Shown: positions 35,326 to 44,465, counted from the stretch's first letter. The stretch is 64,000 nucleotides of DNA from Candidatus Iainarchaeum sp. (GCA_043808155.1 JAZDFD010000001.1:5501-69500), one strand, 5' to 3'. Translations and numbers: made by a program. Notes: generated from the sequence alone by a model not told the origin.

Positions 35326-36825
35326 TTAAAGCGTTTTGTATTCTGCTTTTCCAATTTTTAATTTCCAGAGAGTTTCAGGGAGTTCCTGAATTTTGATTCT
35401 TTTCTGTTCCATTGAGTCACGCTCACGTAAGGTAACAGTTCCTTTCTCTAAAGTATCATAATCTAAAGTAATTGCATAGGGAGTTCCAATTTCATCAGCA
35501 CGCGCGTATCTTTTGCCTATGCTCCCTTTGTCATCGAAGAAAGCATCAAACTCAAAGTCAGAGAGTTCTTTGTAAAGGCTTTCTGCTTTTTCTTTTAACC
35601 CGTCTTTTTTCACTAATGGGAAAACAGCAACAAAGAAAGGTGCAACTCTTGCAGGGAGTTTCAAATATGTTCTTTCTTCAGGTCCTCGCTTTTCTTTTCT
35701 GAAGCCATGGTCTAAAACAACATATAATGTTCTGTCAATTCCTGCTGAAAGTTCAAAAACATGCGGGATGAATTTTTTTCCGTCTTCATTTACTGAAAGA
35801 TCTTTTTTGCTTTCTTTTGAATGGGATTTTAAATCATAATCTGTTCTGTAATTGCATGCCATTAATTCAATCCAACCCAAATCAGTTTCAACTTCAAAAT
35901 CCCAGGTTTCTTTTGCATAAAATGCTCTTGCTTCTTTTGCCAGTTCTCTGAAACGCATTGCTTTTACTGGGATGCCATATTTTTCAAACAACTGCTGAAC
36001 CCTTGTAATATAATAAGCAACTAATTTTCCTGAAACAATTTTTTTAGAAACTGCGTCTTTGCAGGAGATTGGATTCATTTTTTTCCCGATAAGCATTAAA
36101 TTGATTTTGTAATTTTCAACGTCATCAAAATTTTCAACTTCATTTATTTTATCAGGATTGAAGAAAATCTCTGCTTCGAATTGTCCGATTTCACGTTCTC
36201 TGATTAAACTCTGCCTTGGAGATATTTCATTTCTGAATGAAGTTCCTGCCTGTGCAATCCCAAAAGGCAAATTCAGGCGCATTGTTTTGTAAAGTCTGCT
36301 AAAATCCAAAAAAATACTCTGGCAGGTTTCAGGTCTCAAATAACATGGGTTTTGTCCTGTTGCACCAATTTCAGTTTTCATCATCATATTGAAGCGTTTG
36401 ACTTTTCCTAATACGCCTTTGCATTTTGTACATTTGATATTGTTCTTTTCAATAAGTTCTGTGAACTTTTCATCAGCCATGCTTTCAGGGAGCGATTCTT
36501 TTGTTTTTTCTTCAATCAGTTTATCTGCTCTGAAGTGTGAATGGCATTTTAAGCACTGAACAATAGGGTCATCGAAATTCTCTAAATGACCCGAAGCTTT
36601 GAAAACTGCTTCAGGCATAATCTGAGCTCCGTAAATTTCAAGCATATTTTCTTTCTGCACTAATTCTTTTCTCCAGAGTTCAATTATTTTTCGTCTCAGA
36701 GATTCTCCTACTGGTCCGAAGTCCCAAAAACCAGAAGGTGCATTTGGATAAATGTCTGCTGACGGATAGAAAATTGATCTCCTCAAAGCTAAATTTACGA
36801 TTTCTTCTTGTGGCATTGTTCTCAC
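35326..36825 (-). CDS. glyS: Glycyl-tRNA synthetase (archaeal/eukaryotic dimeric type)
   Basis: N-terminal RRSIFYPSADIYPNAPSGFWDFGPVG, class II motifs and a C-terminal anticodon-binding domain. Confidence 0.9.
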   Translation of the reverse strand: MRTMPQEEIVNLALRRSIFYPSADIYPNAPSGFWDFGPVGESLRRKIIELWRKELVQKENMLEIYGAQIMPEAVFKASGHLENFDDPIVQCLKCHSHFRADKLIEEKTKESLPESMADEKFTELIEKNNIKCTKCKGVLGKVKRFNMMMKTEIGATGQNPCYLRPETCQSIFLDFSRLYKTMRLNLPFGIAQAGTSFRNEISPRQSLIREREIGQFEAEIFFNPDKINEVENFDDVENYKINLMLIGKKMNPISCKDAVSKKIVSGKLVAYYITRVQQLFEKYGIPVKAMRFRELAKEARAFYAKETWDFEVETDLGWIELMACNYRTDYDLKSHSKESKKDLSVNEDGKKFIPHVFELSAGIDRTLYVVLDHGFRKEKRGPEERTYLKLPARVAPFFVAVFPLVKKDGLKEKAESLYKELSDFEFDAFFDDKGSIGKRYARADEIGTPYAITLDYDTLEKGTVTLRERDSMEQKRIKIQELPETLWKLKIGKAEYKTL

Positions 36826-37408
36826 TTCTAAATATCAACTCAAAAAGAATTTATAAATATGTTTATGCCAAATTTTTTTCAAAAAAATACTTTTAAATAC
36901 TAGTTAGGACTTTCTTTAAATTAAGATATAGTAGAGTGCAATGATGGCTTGCATAGTTTAGCATTTCTGATTATGTCAAAAACTAGGGGGGTTTGACCCA
37001 TGGTGAAGAAAAAACCTGCTGCAAAAAAAGTAAAGAAGAAAGCAGTAAAGAAAAAGAAGAAATAAGCATGTATGATTATACATTTGATAATAGGGGCATT
37101 TTTGCCTCTCTCTTATTTTTTTGAAATCAGGAAATTATTCAAATAATCTGTTTTTAAATATTAGTGTTTTTCGAGGACAGGGGTTCATTTTTATGCTTTT
37201 TGACACGCGAGTATCTTGCTCAAAAATATATGTTTTGGGGGGACTTGAAATGAAATGCTTTTTAGAAAATGATCTCTACATGTCGGATGATGATGAAGAA
37301 TACAGCGATGAAGAAGATTATTAAGATGCAGATGAATGATTGCTCTGAAAATCTTTGCCCTATTTCTTTTTTTATTTTTTATTATTTTAGCAGTTTATTG
37401 TTTGCGGG

Positions 37409-37948
37409 TTAGGCATTCTTTAAATAGACGACTAAATTCCTTGTCAGAGTTTTAACTGAAGAAACATGTCGGGACATTTCTTTGTTTAATTGTGGGTCCA
37501 AAAATGGACTTATAATTAAAATTGAAAATGAAACTGAAACTATGTGCAGTAAAGTGAATGGAATCTGCATTATCAAAGTCACAATAAATGGCTGATTAAA
37601 CATAAATGAACTCATTATCGGGCCAGTTATAAAATCAAATATTAATACTGCAACTGCTCCCGAGCCAAGAAATAATTTCATAGTAGATTCTTTGTTTTTA
37701 AGGAAAAAATGGAAAAGCATTATTACTGCAGAATATGTGAGGCTTGTTACCAACGTCCACAACCCCAAATGACCTGTAATTATATCAAAAGAAAACATTA
37801 CTGCAAACGCAAACAACGCACCTTTCCACCATGGTTCGTTTTTTGCAGCAGGAAGTGCAAATCCCATTATCGGATCTGAATTAGGGAAAATTCTGAAAAA
37901 TCTGTAAAAATTTGTTAAAATCGCACCAAATAAATATTTGAATTTCAT
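37409..37948 (-). CDS. Hypothetical integral membrane protein (possible small-molecule transporter S-component-like)
   Basis: Five or six TM helices in 179 aa. Confidence 0.35.
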   Translation of the reverse strand: MKFKYLFGAILTNFYRFFRIFPNSDPIMGFALPAAKNEPWWKGALFAFAVMFSFDIITGHLGLWTLVTSLTYSAVIMLFHFFLKNKESTMKLFLGSGAVAVLIFDFITGPIMSSFMFNQPFIVTLIMQIPFTLLHIVSVSFSILIISPFLDPQLNKEMSRHVSSVKTLTRNLVVYLKNA

Positions 37949-38006
37949 TTAATCACACCACATATATATCTGAAAAGACTTTATAAAAGTGTCTTTAATA
38001 TAATAT

Positions 38007-39038
38007 ATGGATATTATGCCAACAACAAACTTGGAAAGACTCCGAAAACAGCTTATTTCTAAGGCTAAAAAACAGATATCGGAAAAGTATTCAGGAGATG
38101 ACATTCACATAATCAGAGCAGTGAATGTTCTTGAAGACCTTGATTTTATTTTTAATTTACTGAGTGAACATGCACGTGAATGGTATTCAGTGCATTTCCC
38201 TGAACTTAATTCACTTGTGAAAGATAATGAAACCTATCTGAAAATGATAAATGATTTGGGAACACGAGAAAATTTTACAGAATCAAAAATTGAACAGTAT
38301 GCAAAAGAAAAAAATATTTCAAAAATTGCAGAAAAAGCAAAATCCGGAATGGGTTCTGAAATCGGAGAAAAAGAAATGGGAGAAATTAATTCATTAGTGA
38401 AAAATGCACTTTCTCTGAAAAAGGAAAGAAATGCACTTTCTGCATTTATCGAAAAAGAGACTGCTACTTTAATGCCGAACTTTTCAGAACTTGCAGGTCC
38501 GATTTTAAGTGCAAAACTTCTTAATGAAGCAGGAAGTTTCAAAAAACTTGCAATGATGCCAAGTTCCACAATGCAATTATTGGGAGCGGAGAAAGCACTT
38601 TTCAGACATATTAAATCAGGTGCACGCCCTCCAAAATACGGACACTTATTTCAGCATCCTCTTGTAAAACAAATGACACCCTGGCAGAAGGGTGCTACTG
38701 CAAGAACTATTGCAGGAAAATTAAGTATGGCAATTAAGGAAGATTATTTTGGAGATAAGAAAATTGCAGAGGATTTGAAAAAAGATCTTGAAGTAAGACT
38801 TAAGGAAATTTCAGAAACTCACAAGAAAAAAGAACCAAAAGAAGGCTCCAGAACAGATTCACAAACATATTCAAAGCCAAGAAGCTATTCAGATAACTCA
38901 GGACCCCGACCATATTCAAAACCAAAACAATATTCAAAACCAAGAACATATTCAAATAAATCAGGTGCTAAACCATTCAAAACTCAGGGAAATAAATTTC
39001 GTAAACCATTCAAAAAGAAAAATACATTCGGAGCATAG
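38007..39038 (+). CDS. Nop5/Nop56/58 box C/D snoRNP protein with unusual low-complexity C-terminal tail
   Basis: NOP domain GAEKALFRHIKSGARPPKYGHLFQHP. The C-terminal tail has repeated YSKP(R/K)xYS units. Confidence 0.85.
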   Translation: MDIMPTTNLERLRKQLISKAKKQISEKYSGDDIHIIRAVNVLEDLDFIFNLLSEHAREWYSVHFPELNSLVKDNETYLKMINDLGTRENFTESKIEQYAKEKNISKIAEKAKSGMGSEIGEKEMGEINSLVKNALSLKKERNALSAFIEKETATLMPNFSELAGPILSAKLLNEAGSFKKLAMMPSSTMQLLGAEKALFRHIKSGARPPKYGHLFQHPLVKQMTPWQKGATARTIAGKLSMAIKEDYFGDKKIAEDLKKDLEVRLKEISETHKKKEPKEGSRTDSQTYSKPRSYSDNSGPRPYSKPKQYSKPRTYSNKSGAKPFKTQGNKFRKPFKKKNTFGA

Positions 39039-39046
39039 GTGTTTTT

Positions 39047-39709
39047 TTGAAGGAGATTTTCCCTGGAATTTATCTTATCAATGGGAAGTTGGCTACTTTA
39101 AACTCAGTTCCCGGAAATAAAGTTTATGGTGAACAGTTAGTTTCAGTTAAAGATCAGGAATTTCGTATTTGGGACCCCTACAGATCAAAATTAGCAGCTG
39201 CGATTAAAAAAAATCTAAAAACTGTCCCTTTGAAAAAAGATTTCAAAGTTTTATATTTGGGGAGTGCAGAAGGTACAACTGTTTCTCATGTTGCTGAGAG
39301 TGTTGGTGATAAAGGGCTGGTTTTTGGTGTTGAGTTTAGTGAAAGAACTATGAGGAAATTTATTGACATCTGTGAATCGCGTTCAAATATAATTCCGATT
39401 TTAGCAGATGCTAACAAACCAGACTCATATTCGGAATATTTAGAAGGTCAGGGCATTGATTTGCTTTATCAGGATATTGCACAGAAAAATCAGGCAGAAA
39501 TTTTCAATAAAAATGCAAAAATGTTTCTGAAAAAAGGCTCTTTTGGAATGATTGCAATCAAAGCGCGTTCCATAAGCCAGAAAAAAAATATAAAAGAAAT
39601 ATTTGACACAGAGATTGCTGAAATTGAAAAAGAATTTAAAATAATTGAAAGTGTTCCTTTAGCTCCATTTGAGAAAGAACATTTATTTGTTGTTTGCCAA
39701 AAAAAGTAA
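39047..39709 (+). CDS. flpA: Fibrillarin-like rRNA/tRNA 2'-O-methyltransferase
   Basis: VLYLGSAEGTTVSHVAE SAM motif. Adjacent to Nop5, as in most archaea. Confidence 0.9.
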   Translation: MKEIFPGIYLINGKLATLNSVPGNKVYGEQLVSVKDQEFRIWDPYRSKLAAAIKKNLKTVPLKKDFKVLYLGSAEGTTVSHVAESVGDKGLVFGVEFSERTMRKFIDICESRSNIIPILADANKPDSYSEYLEGQGIDLLYQDIAQKNQAEIFNKNAKMFLKKGSFGMIAIKARSISQKKNIKEIFDTEIAEIEKEFKIIESVPLAPFEKEHLFVVCQKK

Positions 39710-39731
39710 GATTTTTAAATTAGTGATTATA

Positions 39732-40298
39732 ATGATTTCAGAAGTTAGAAGAAAATTTATTCACATTGGAATTGGCTCTGTCTTTGTACTGATGGTTTTC
39801 TTTTTAGGAACTATTAATTCATTAATGATTTTATTTCCAATTTATATTATTGGTCTAATTAGTTCATTTTTGATTTTAAAGGGAGTTAGAATTCCATTTG
39901 CTCATGCCTTACTTGATGATGTGCAAAGAACAGATGAAAAGCATCTCCCGGGAAAAGGAGCGCTTTATTTTTTCCTTGGTGCAAATTTAGTTTTAGCTTT
40001 ATTTTGGTGGAATCAGTTATTTGTTTTAGCAGCTCTTTGTACTGTTGTTTTCGGAGATGGTTTTGCAACAATGGTTGGAATTAAGTTTGGTAAACACACA
40101 TTAATTAGCGGAAAAAGTGTTGAAGGAACTCTTGCATGCATTATTGCGTGTGTAATTTTTCTTCATGTTTTATTTCCGTTCAGTATTTACAGAATTGGAT
40201 TTACTGCATTTGTTGCAACTGCAGTTGAACTTCTTCCATTAAATGACAATTTAGGGATGCCATTAGCAACAGCAGCAACATTATTATTGTTAATTTAA
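39732..40298 (+). CDS. CTP-transferase-family membrane protein (CDP-archaeol synthase / dolichol kinase-like)
   Basis: Multi-TM protein with EVRRKFIHIGIG near the N-terminus. The start was taken at M 39732 rather than the ORF-track 39669, which overlaps flpA. Confidence 0.45.
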   Translation: MISEVRRKFIHIGIGSVFVLMVFFLGTINSLMILFPIYIIGLISSFLILKGVRIPFAHALLDDVQRTDEKHLPGKGALYFFLGANLVLALFWWNQLFVLAALCTVVFGDGFATMVGIKFGKHTLISGKSVEGTLACIIACVIFLHVLFPFSIYRIGFTAFVATAVELLPLNDNLGMPLATAATLLLLI

Positions 40299-40317
40299 GA
40301 TAAAGTATGTGATGTCA

Positions 40318-40360
40318 GTGCCACTTTAGTGGCACCCGTACTAGCCGGACGTGACGGCGT
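40318..40360 (+). repeat. tRNA 5' leader module upstream of tRNA-Arg: hairpin gtgccactttagtggcac plus GC box ccgtactagccggacgtgacggcgtg
   Basis: Directly abuts the tRNA-Arg 5' end. An orphan near-identical copy lies at 40763..40804. Confidence 0.55.
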
Positions 40361-40501
40361 GGGCCTGTGGCGCAACGGATAGCGCAGCTGCCTCCTAACG
40401 GACAGATCCGTTAACGATCTGTATGTGCGGGGTTTTCAACCCCGCGATAATAATACGTGGGAGCGAGCAGAAGGTTGAGAGTTCGATTCTCTCCGGGCCC
40501 G
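40361..40501 (+). tRNA. tRNA-Arg (anticodon CCT) with ~68-nt intron at 37/38 (about 40398..40465)
   Basis: Acceptor GGGCCTG pairs with CGGGCCC, D-arm GCGC-AACGGATA-GCGC, anticodon stem GCTGC pairs with GCAGA, loop CTCCTA(A), T-arm GAGAG-TTCGATT-CTCTC. Intron 3' GGAG pairs with loop CTCC in a BHB-like arrangement. The intron contains hairpin gcggggttttcaaccccgc. Confidence 0.8.
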
Positions 40502-40524
40502 ATATTCATTTTTTGTAATTTTAG

Positions 40525-40607
40525 AAATATTACTGCACTGTTGTGCAAAACAATAGTGCACATATCGCACTAGCCGGGCGTTCGGCTTTCGATTCTCTCC
40601 GGGCCCG
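40525..40607 (+). repeat. Composite two-hairpin repeat, copy 6 (aaatattactg - hairpin cactgttg..caatagtg - cacatat - GC box ctagccgggcgttcggc) fused to a 20-nt duplicate of the tRNA-Arg 3' end
   Basis: 40588..40607 (ttcgattctctccgggcccg) is identical to 40482..40501. It is followed by palindromic gcctttttaaaaaaaggc. Confidence 0.6.
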
Positions 40608-40762
40608 CCTTTTTAAAAAAAGGCAGGTTGCAACTTAAACCAATGAGGTTTAAGTGCACACTGAAACCAAAGTTTCAGTTGTGCCAAAAAGGCAAATCCT
40701 TTGGGATTTGCACATCTATTTTTTCAAAACAACTTTTATTAACAACCGAGCCCAAGCGAGAT

Positions 40763-40804
40763 GTGCCACTGCAAGTGGCACTCGTACTAGCCGGACGTGA
40801 CGGC
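40763..40804 (+). repeat. Orphan tRNA-leader-type module: hairpin gtgccactgcaagtggcac plus GC box tcgtactagccggacgtgacggc, with no tRNA following
   Basis: Near-identical to 40318..40359. It lies downstream of three further perfect 8-9 bp hairpins in 40600..40740. Confidence 0.5.
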
Positions 40805-40875
40805 TTAAGCAAATAACGTCCTGGCAATGTACGATTGACGTAAACCTTAAAAACTAGTTTTTACATATAAATTGT

Positions 40876-41586
40876 ATGGATAAACTGCCCTCAACTATTG
40901 CAGGTGAGATCTGCCTTTCAAAAGAACCAGGAAGTTCAATGAAAAAATGGCGAGAGATCTTTGGAATTTCTCAGACTGAATTAGCGGAATTTTTAAAAGT
41001 TTCATCTTCAACAATTTCAGATTATGAAGGGGGAAGAAGAAAAAGTCCTGGTATTAATGTTGTCAGCAGATTTGTTGAAGCATTAATCAGAATGGATAAA
41101 AACAAAGGTGGTCCGATAATAAAACAGTTAGAAAAAGATTTCAAACCAAAAGAAGATGCATTTGATACACATGAATTTTATGCTGCAATGCCGTCAGATA
41201 AATTCATAAAAAAATTAGAAGCAACTTGTGTTGCAAATCCTTCAAAATTAAAAAATTCACAAATTTACGGTTATACAATTGTTGATTCATTAAAAGTAAT
41301 TTTAGATGTTCCTGTTCATGAGTATATGCAGATTTATGGTAAGACTCCTGAGCGTGCACTGATTTTCAAACACGTGGAAAATGGAAGAAGCCCTTTAATC
41401 GCAGTAAAAATTGGACGCTTTTCTACGGAAATGAAACCTGCAATGGTAATACTGCACGGGGATTTGAAACCTTCAAAAGTTGACCCCATTGCAATAAAAA
41501 TTGCAGAATCAGAAAAAATCCCATTATTAGTTACCAGCAAACCAATAGGTGAAATAGTAGGGGTTTTTGAAAAATATGAAAGTTAA
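40876..41586 (+). CDS. HTH-type (XRE-like) transcriptional regulator with C-terminal domain
   Basis: HTH segment WREIFGISQTELAEFLKVSSSTISDYEGGRR. Confidence 0.55.
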   Translation: MDKLPSTIAGEICLSKEPGSSMKKWREIFGISQTELAEFLKVSSSTISDYEGGRRKSPGINVVSRFVEALIRMDKNKGGPIIKQLEKDFKPKEDAFDTHEFYAAMPSDKFIKKLEATCVANPSKLKNSQIYGYTIVDSLKVILDVPVHEYMQIYGKTPERALIFKHVENGRSPLIAVKIGRFSTEMKPAMVILHGDLKPSKVDPIAIKIAESEKIPLLVTSKPIGEIVGVFEKYES

Positions 41587-41591
41587 GCTGA

Positions 41592-42302
41592 TTAAATTCG
41601 AATACAGAAAGTAAATCTTTTTTTATCTTTTCCAAATTTGTCTCTACCTGTGGTTTTGTATGATACTGTTTGATCTGATTTGTATTTTGAGGCAAGGATT
41701 GATGAAATTTTTCTTGCTGCTTTTTTAGAGCCTATAAAAAAATCCAGCCCGTTTTTTGCTTCTTTTATAGCAATTGCTTCTGAAAGTGGATCTCTCTTTT
41801 TTTCAAAAAATAAAAGCTGCTGTATTTCTTTTTTTATTTTTTCGTTTTTAATTGCAGTTGGTTTTTCATCTTTAAATCTTATCTGGAGGATTGCTTCATG
41901 ATAATATGATTGAACACGCATGCATGGATCGCACATAACTTCTTTTGGGACTAAATGTGTTTCCTTTTCAATTGTGACTTCCTGATTCTGAACAAGACCT
42001 GTTAATACAACTGTTGCAATTGTTGTGTTGTCATCCATTGGTTCTAAATCAATTGAGATTCTTTCAGAACCCATTTCTTTTGTTTTGATATTTGATTTTA
42101 CAAGATTTTCAATTAGTTCTGGTGTCTGCTCCTGCCATTTACCTCTGTAACGGATTTTGTTGCATACTTTGCAGTGTTCAATTTCTATTTTTTCAGGAAT
42201 CTGAACAAGGTCGTGATCTTTCAAATAACAATCTGTACAGAAACTGCCAATAAAATGACCTTTGTTTGTTCCACATTTTGGACACATTCTTTCAAGAGGC
42301 AT
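41592..42302 (-). CDS. Nmd3-family protein (archaeal ribosomal large-subunit export/maturation factor homolog)
   Basis: N-terminal Cys4 clusters CPKCG...CTDC...CKVCNKIRYRGKW, characteristic of the Nmd3 N-terminal domain. Confidence 0.6.
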   Translation of the reverse strand: MPLERMCPKCGTNKGHFIGSFCTDCYLKDHDLVQIPEKIEIEHCKVCNKIRYRGKWQEQTPELIENLVKSNIKTKEMGSERISIDLEPMDDNTTIATVVLTGLVQNQEVTIEKETHLVPKEVMCDPCMRVQSYYHEAILQIRFKDEKPTAIKNEKIKKEIQQLLFFEKKRDPLSEAIAIKEAKNGLDFFIGSKKAARKISSILASKYKSDQTVSYKTTGRDKFGKDKKRFTFCIRI

Positions 42303-43106
42303 TTAAATCACTTTTCCCTTAGAACTGACTTTTTGAATCTCCATATATATTACAGGATTAAGAACGATTATGTATGTTGCTATCAAAGCAGTTAAAAATC
42401 TTGAAACTATGAATAAAAACAGAAATTCTGGTTTATCTGCGACTGCTGCAAGAACAAATGAAACAAAAGAAAGCAGAAGCTGGAAAATAGACGCTTTTGA
42501 TATGTCTTTAAAATTTGATTTTGAAAGTGAAAAACTCTTTCCCAAAGTTCCAAAAACCCCTTTCTTTTCCAGCATTGAAACAGGATAAATCAGATAGAAC
42601 ATTATTGTTGTAATAAGCTCTGCAATAATCAGAAGAATTCCGGATAAAATAATTCCGACAATATCATTTGAAACTAATGAAAACGCCATCCACAAAATAA
42701 AAGGCATGCTTACTAACATGAAAATAAATAATGCAGTAAAAATTGACGGAATTACTATCAAGGATCTTGAAAAAGCAGATTTCACTGCATCAGTAAATGA
42801 AATTTTCTTTTTTTTATAAAAATCATCAACCATTTTCGGATACATTGAATTTATGAATGTGTCAAGAAGCAATACAAACAATGAAAAAATAAATAAAGTC
42901 GACACAACAGGCAACATTTCTGCAGCATAAACTGCAGCTTGGCTTTGGTTTTCCGTAAATATAAACTCAGTTAATGAAACCAGTATGTCCATTGTAAGAA
43001 GCATCATTACGCCATAAACTGCAGCAATTAAAAATTTAGGCAGAAATAATTTCGGCTTCTTTTTCAGAAGATTGAAAGAATTTACAAGAGCATCAATAAA
43101 ATGCAT
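42303..43106 (-). CDS. Hypothetical integral membrane protein
   Basis: Six or seven TM helices. Confidence 0.4.
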   Translation of the reverse strand: MHFIDALVNSFNLLKKKPKLFLPKFLIAAVYGVMMLLTMDILVSLTEFIFTENQSQAAVYAAEMLPVVSTLFIFSLFVLLLDTFINSMYPKMVDDFYKKKKISFTDAVKSAFSRSLIVIPSIFTALFIFMLVSMPFILWMAFSLVSNDIVGIILSGILLIIAELITTIMFYLIYPVSMLEKKGVFGTLGKSFSLSKSNFKDISKASIFQLLLSFVSFVLAAVADKPEFLFLFIVSRFLTALIATYIIVLNPVIYMEIQKVSSKGKVI

Positions 43107-43111
43107 AATAA

Positions 43112-44383
43112 TCAGATTTCTAATGTTTTACCTAATTCAGGCATATGTGATGTAATTCCTGTGTCTTGTTCAATTTTATCTTTGAAAACAGCCATTGTAT
43201 CTTTATCGCCGTGAACAAGAATTATTTTTTCAGGAGACCATTTTTTTATTGTTTTAAGCATATCAGTTTGTGATGCATGAGCTGAAAAATCAAACTTTCT
43301 TAACTGTGCATTTACTTTGTAAATATTATCATCAATTGTGATTTTACCAGTATCCATCAATAGTCTTCCGGGAGTTCCTTCAACCTGATAACCTGTGAGA
43401 AGTAACTTATTCTTGGGGTTATCTGCTAAATATTTTAGATAATGTAACATAGGCCCTCCTTGGAGCATGCCTGCTGAGGACACAATGACACATGGTTCCT
43501 TCAATGCTTTTTTTCTTTTAAATGGTTTATCAACCCAGATGACTTTTTCTAATGCTTTTCTCAGAGTGGCTTCGTCTTTTAAATAAGTTGAGTGTTCTAA
43601 AAAGATTCTGGACGCTTTTTGCCCCATCCCGTCAAAATAAATTGGCACATCAATTTTGTACTCATAAAGAATATCAATAATTTCCTGGCATCTGCTTACT
43701 GCAAAAGCAGGAATCATAACCCAGCCTCCATTTTCAAGTCCTTCCTTTATTTCTTCAATAAATGTTTTTTCAACTAATTCACGCGGAGGGTGATCTCTGT
43801 CACCATAAGTTGATTCAATTATCAGAGTATCAACTTCGCCAACATCTAAATCAGCTGCATTAAAAAGTCGTGTTTCAATTGGCTGGAAATCGCCAGTGTA
43901 AAGAATGCTTTTTTCTTTGATTGTTAATTTAGATAATGCAGAACCGGGGATATGTCCTGCATCAAAAAGTTCCAAATTTGCATTTTCAGTAATATTGAGA
44001 TTTCTTCTGTACATAATTGGCATAATAAATCGGTCAGCTTTTTTTACTGCATCTTTAGTAAATAAGGGTCTTTCTTTTTCATGTTCTGCAATTTTTATAG
44101 TGTCATACCATAAAAGTCTTGAAATGTCAAGTGTTGGTGGTGTCATATATGTAATAAAATTAGAATCTAAGAAAAGTTCAGGTAAAGCACCAGAATGGTC
44201 AAGGTGAGCATGACTTATGATTACAGCATCTAAATTTGTACCTATATCAAGAGGATACTCTGGTTTTTCGTTTGTTAATTTTATTCCTCTGTCAAAAAGG
44301 AATTTCTCACCAGTATCAATCAAAAAAGAGCTTCTTCCAACTTCTCTGCAGGCTCCAAGACCCTTAAATGTTATTTTTCTCAT
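43112..44383 (-). CDS. Beta-CASP ribonuclease (aCPSF2 / RNase J-like)
   Basis: MBL motif ISHAHLDHSGALP, beta-CASP His/Asp motifs, ~420 aa. Confidence 0.75.
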   Translation of the reverse strand: MRKITFKGLGACREVGRSSFLIDTGEKFLFDRGIKLTNEKPEYPLDIGTNLDAVIISHAHLDHSGALPELFLDSNFITYMTPPTLDISRLLWYDTIKIAEHEKERPLFTKDAVKKADRFIMPIMYRRNLNITENANLELFDAGHIPGSALSKLTIKEKSILYTGDFQPIETRLFNAADLDVGEVDTLIIESTYGDRDHPPRELVEKTFIEEIKEGLENGGWVMIPAFAVSRCQEIIDILYEYKIDVPIYFDGMGQKASRIFLEHSTYLKDEATLRKALEKVIWVDKPFKRKKALKEPCVIVSSAGMLQGGPMLHYLKYLADNPKNKLLLTGYQVEGTPGRLLMDTGKITIDDNIYKVNAQLRKFDFSAHASQTDMLKTIKKWSPEKIILVHGDKDTMAVFKDKIEQDTGITSHMPELGKTLEI

Positions 44384-44465
44384 TAAAAATCACTATTTTA
44401 TGAATTAAACTCAAACAACTTAATAAATGTGCTTGAAAAATAGACGGTTAGAGGAATTAAGCAAA

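Noticed and set aside
36936-36976. A second C/D-like motif pair (AATGATGG ... CTGA, 30 nt apart)
   Set aside because: The spacing is too short for a complete C/D sRNA and there is no C' or D' pair. Probably chance.
36990-37055. 21-codon poly-lysine micro-ORF (MVKKKPAAKKVKKKAVKKKKK) with an upstream G-rich stretch
   Set aside because: It is too short and low-complexity to call. It lacks the Arg and Trp pattern of ribosomal protein L41e and is probably chance in an A-rich region.
37121-37324. ORF 37121..37324 (+), 67 aa, ending in an acidic DDDEEYSDEEDY tail
   Set aside because: No start context, odd composition, and it sits in a low-complexity intergenic stretch. It is probably not a gene.
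9377-40607. Reading the AATATTAC flank of the repeat units as an archaeal TATA box and the units as tRNA promoters
   Set aside because: The flank lies at inconsistent distances and in both orientations relative to adjacent tRNAs. One copy lies between a CDS stop and the next start, and the units themselves show RNA-type compensatory variation. A promoter role cannot be excluded for some copies, but it does not explain the family.
40628-40816. ORF 40628..40816 (+)
   Set aside because: It is composed of tandem perfect hairpins and a repeat GC box, so it is non-coding.
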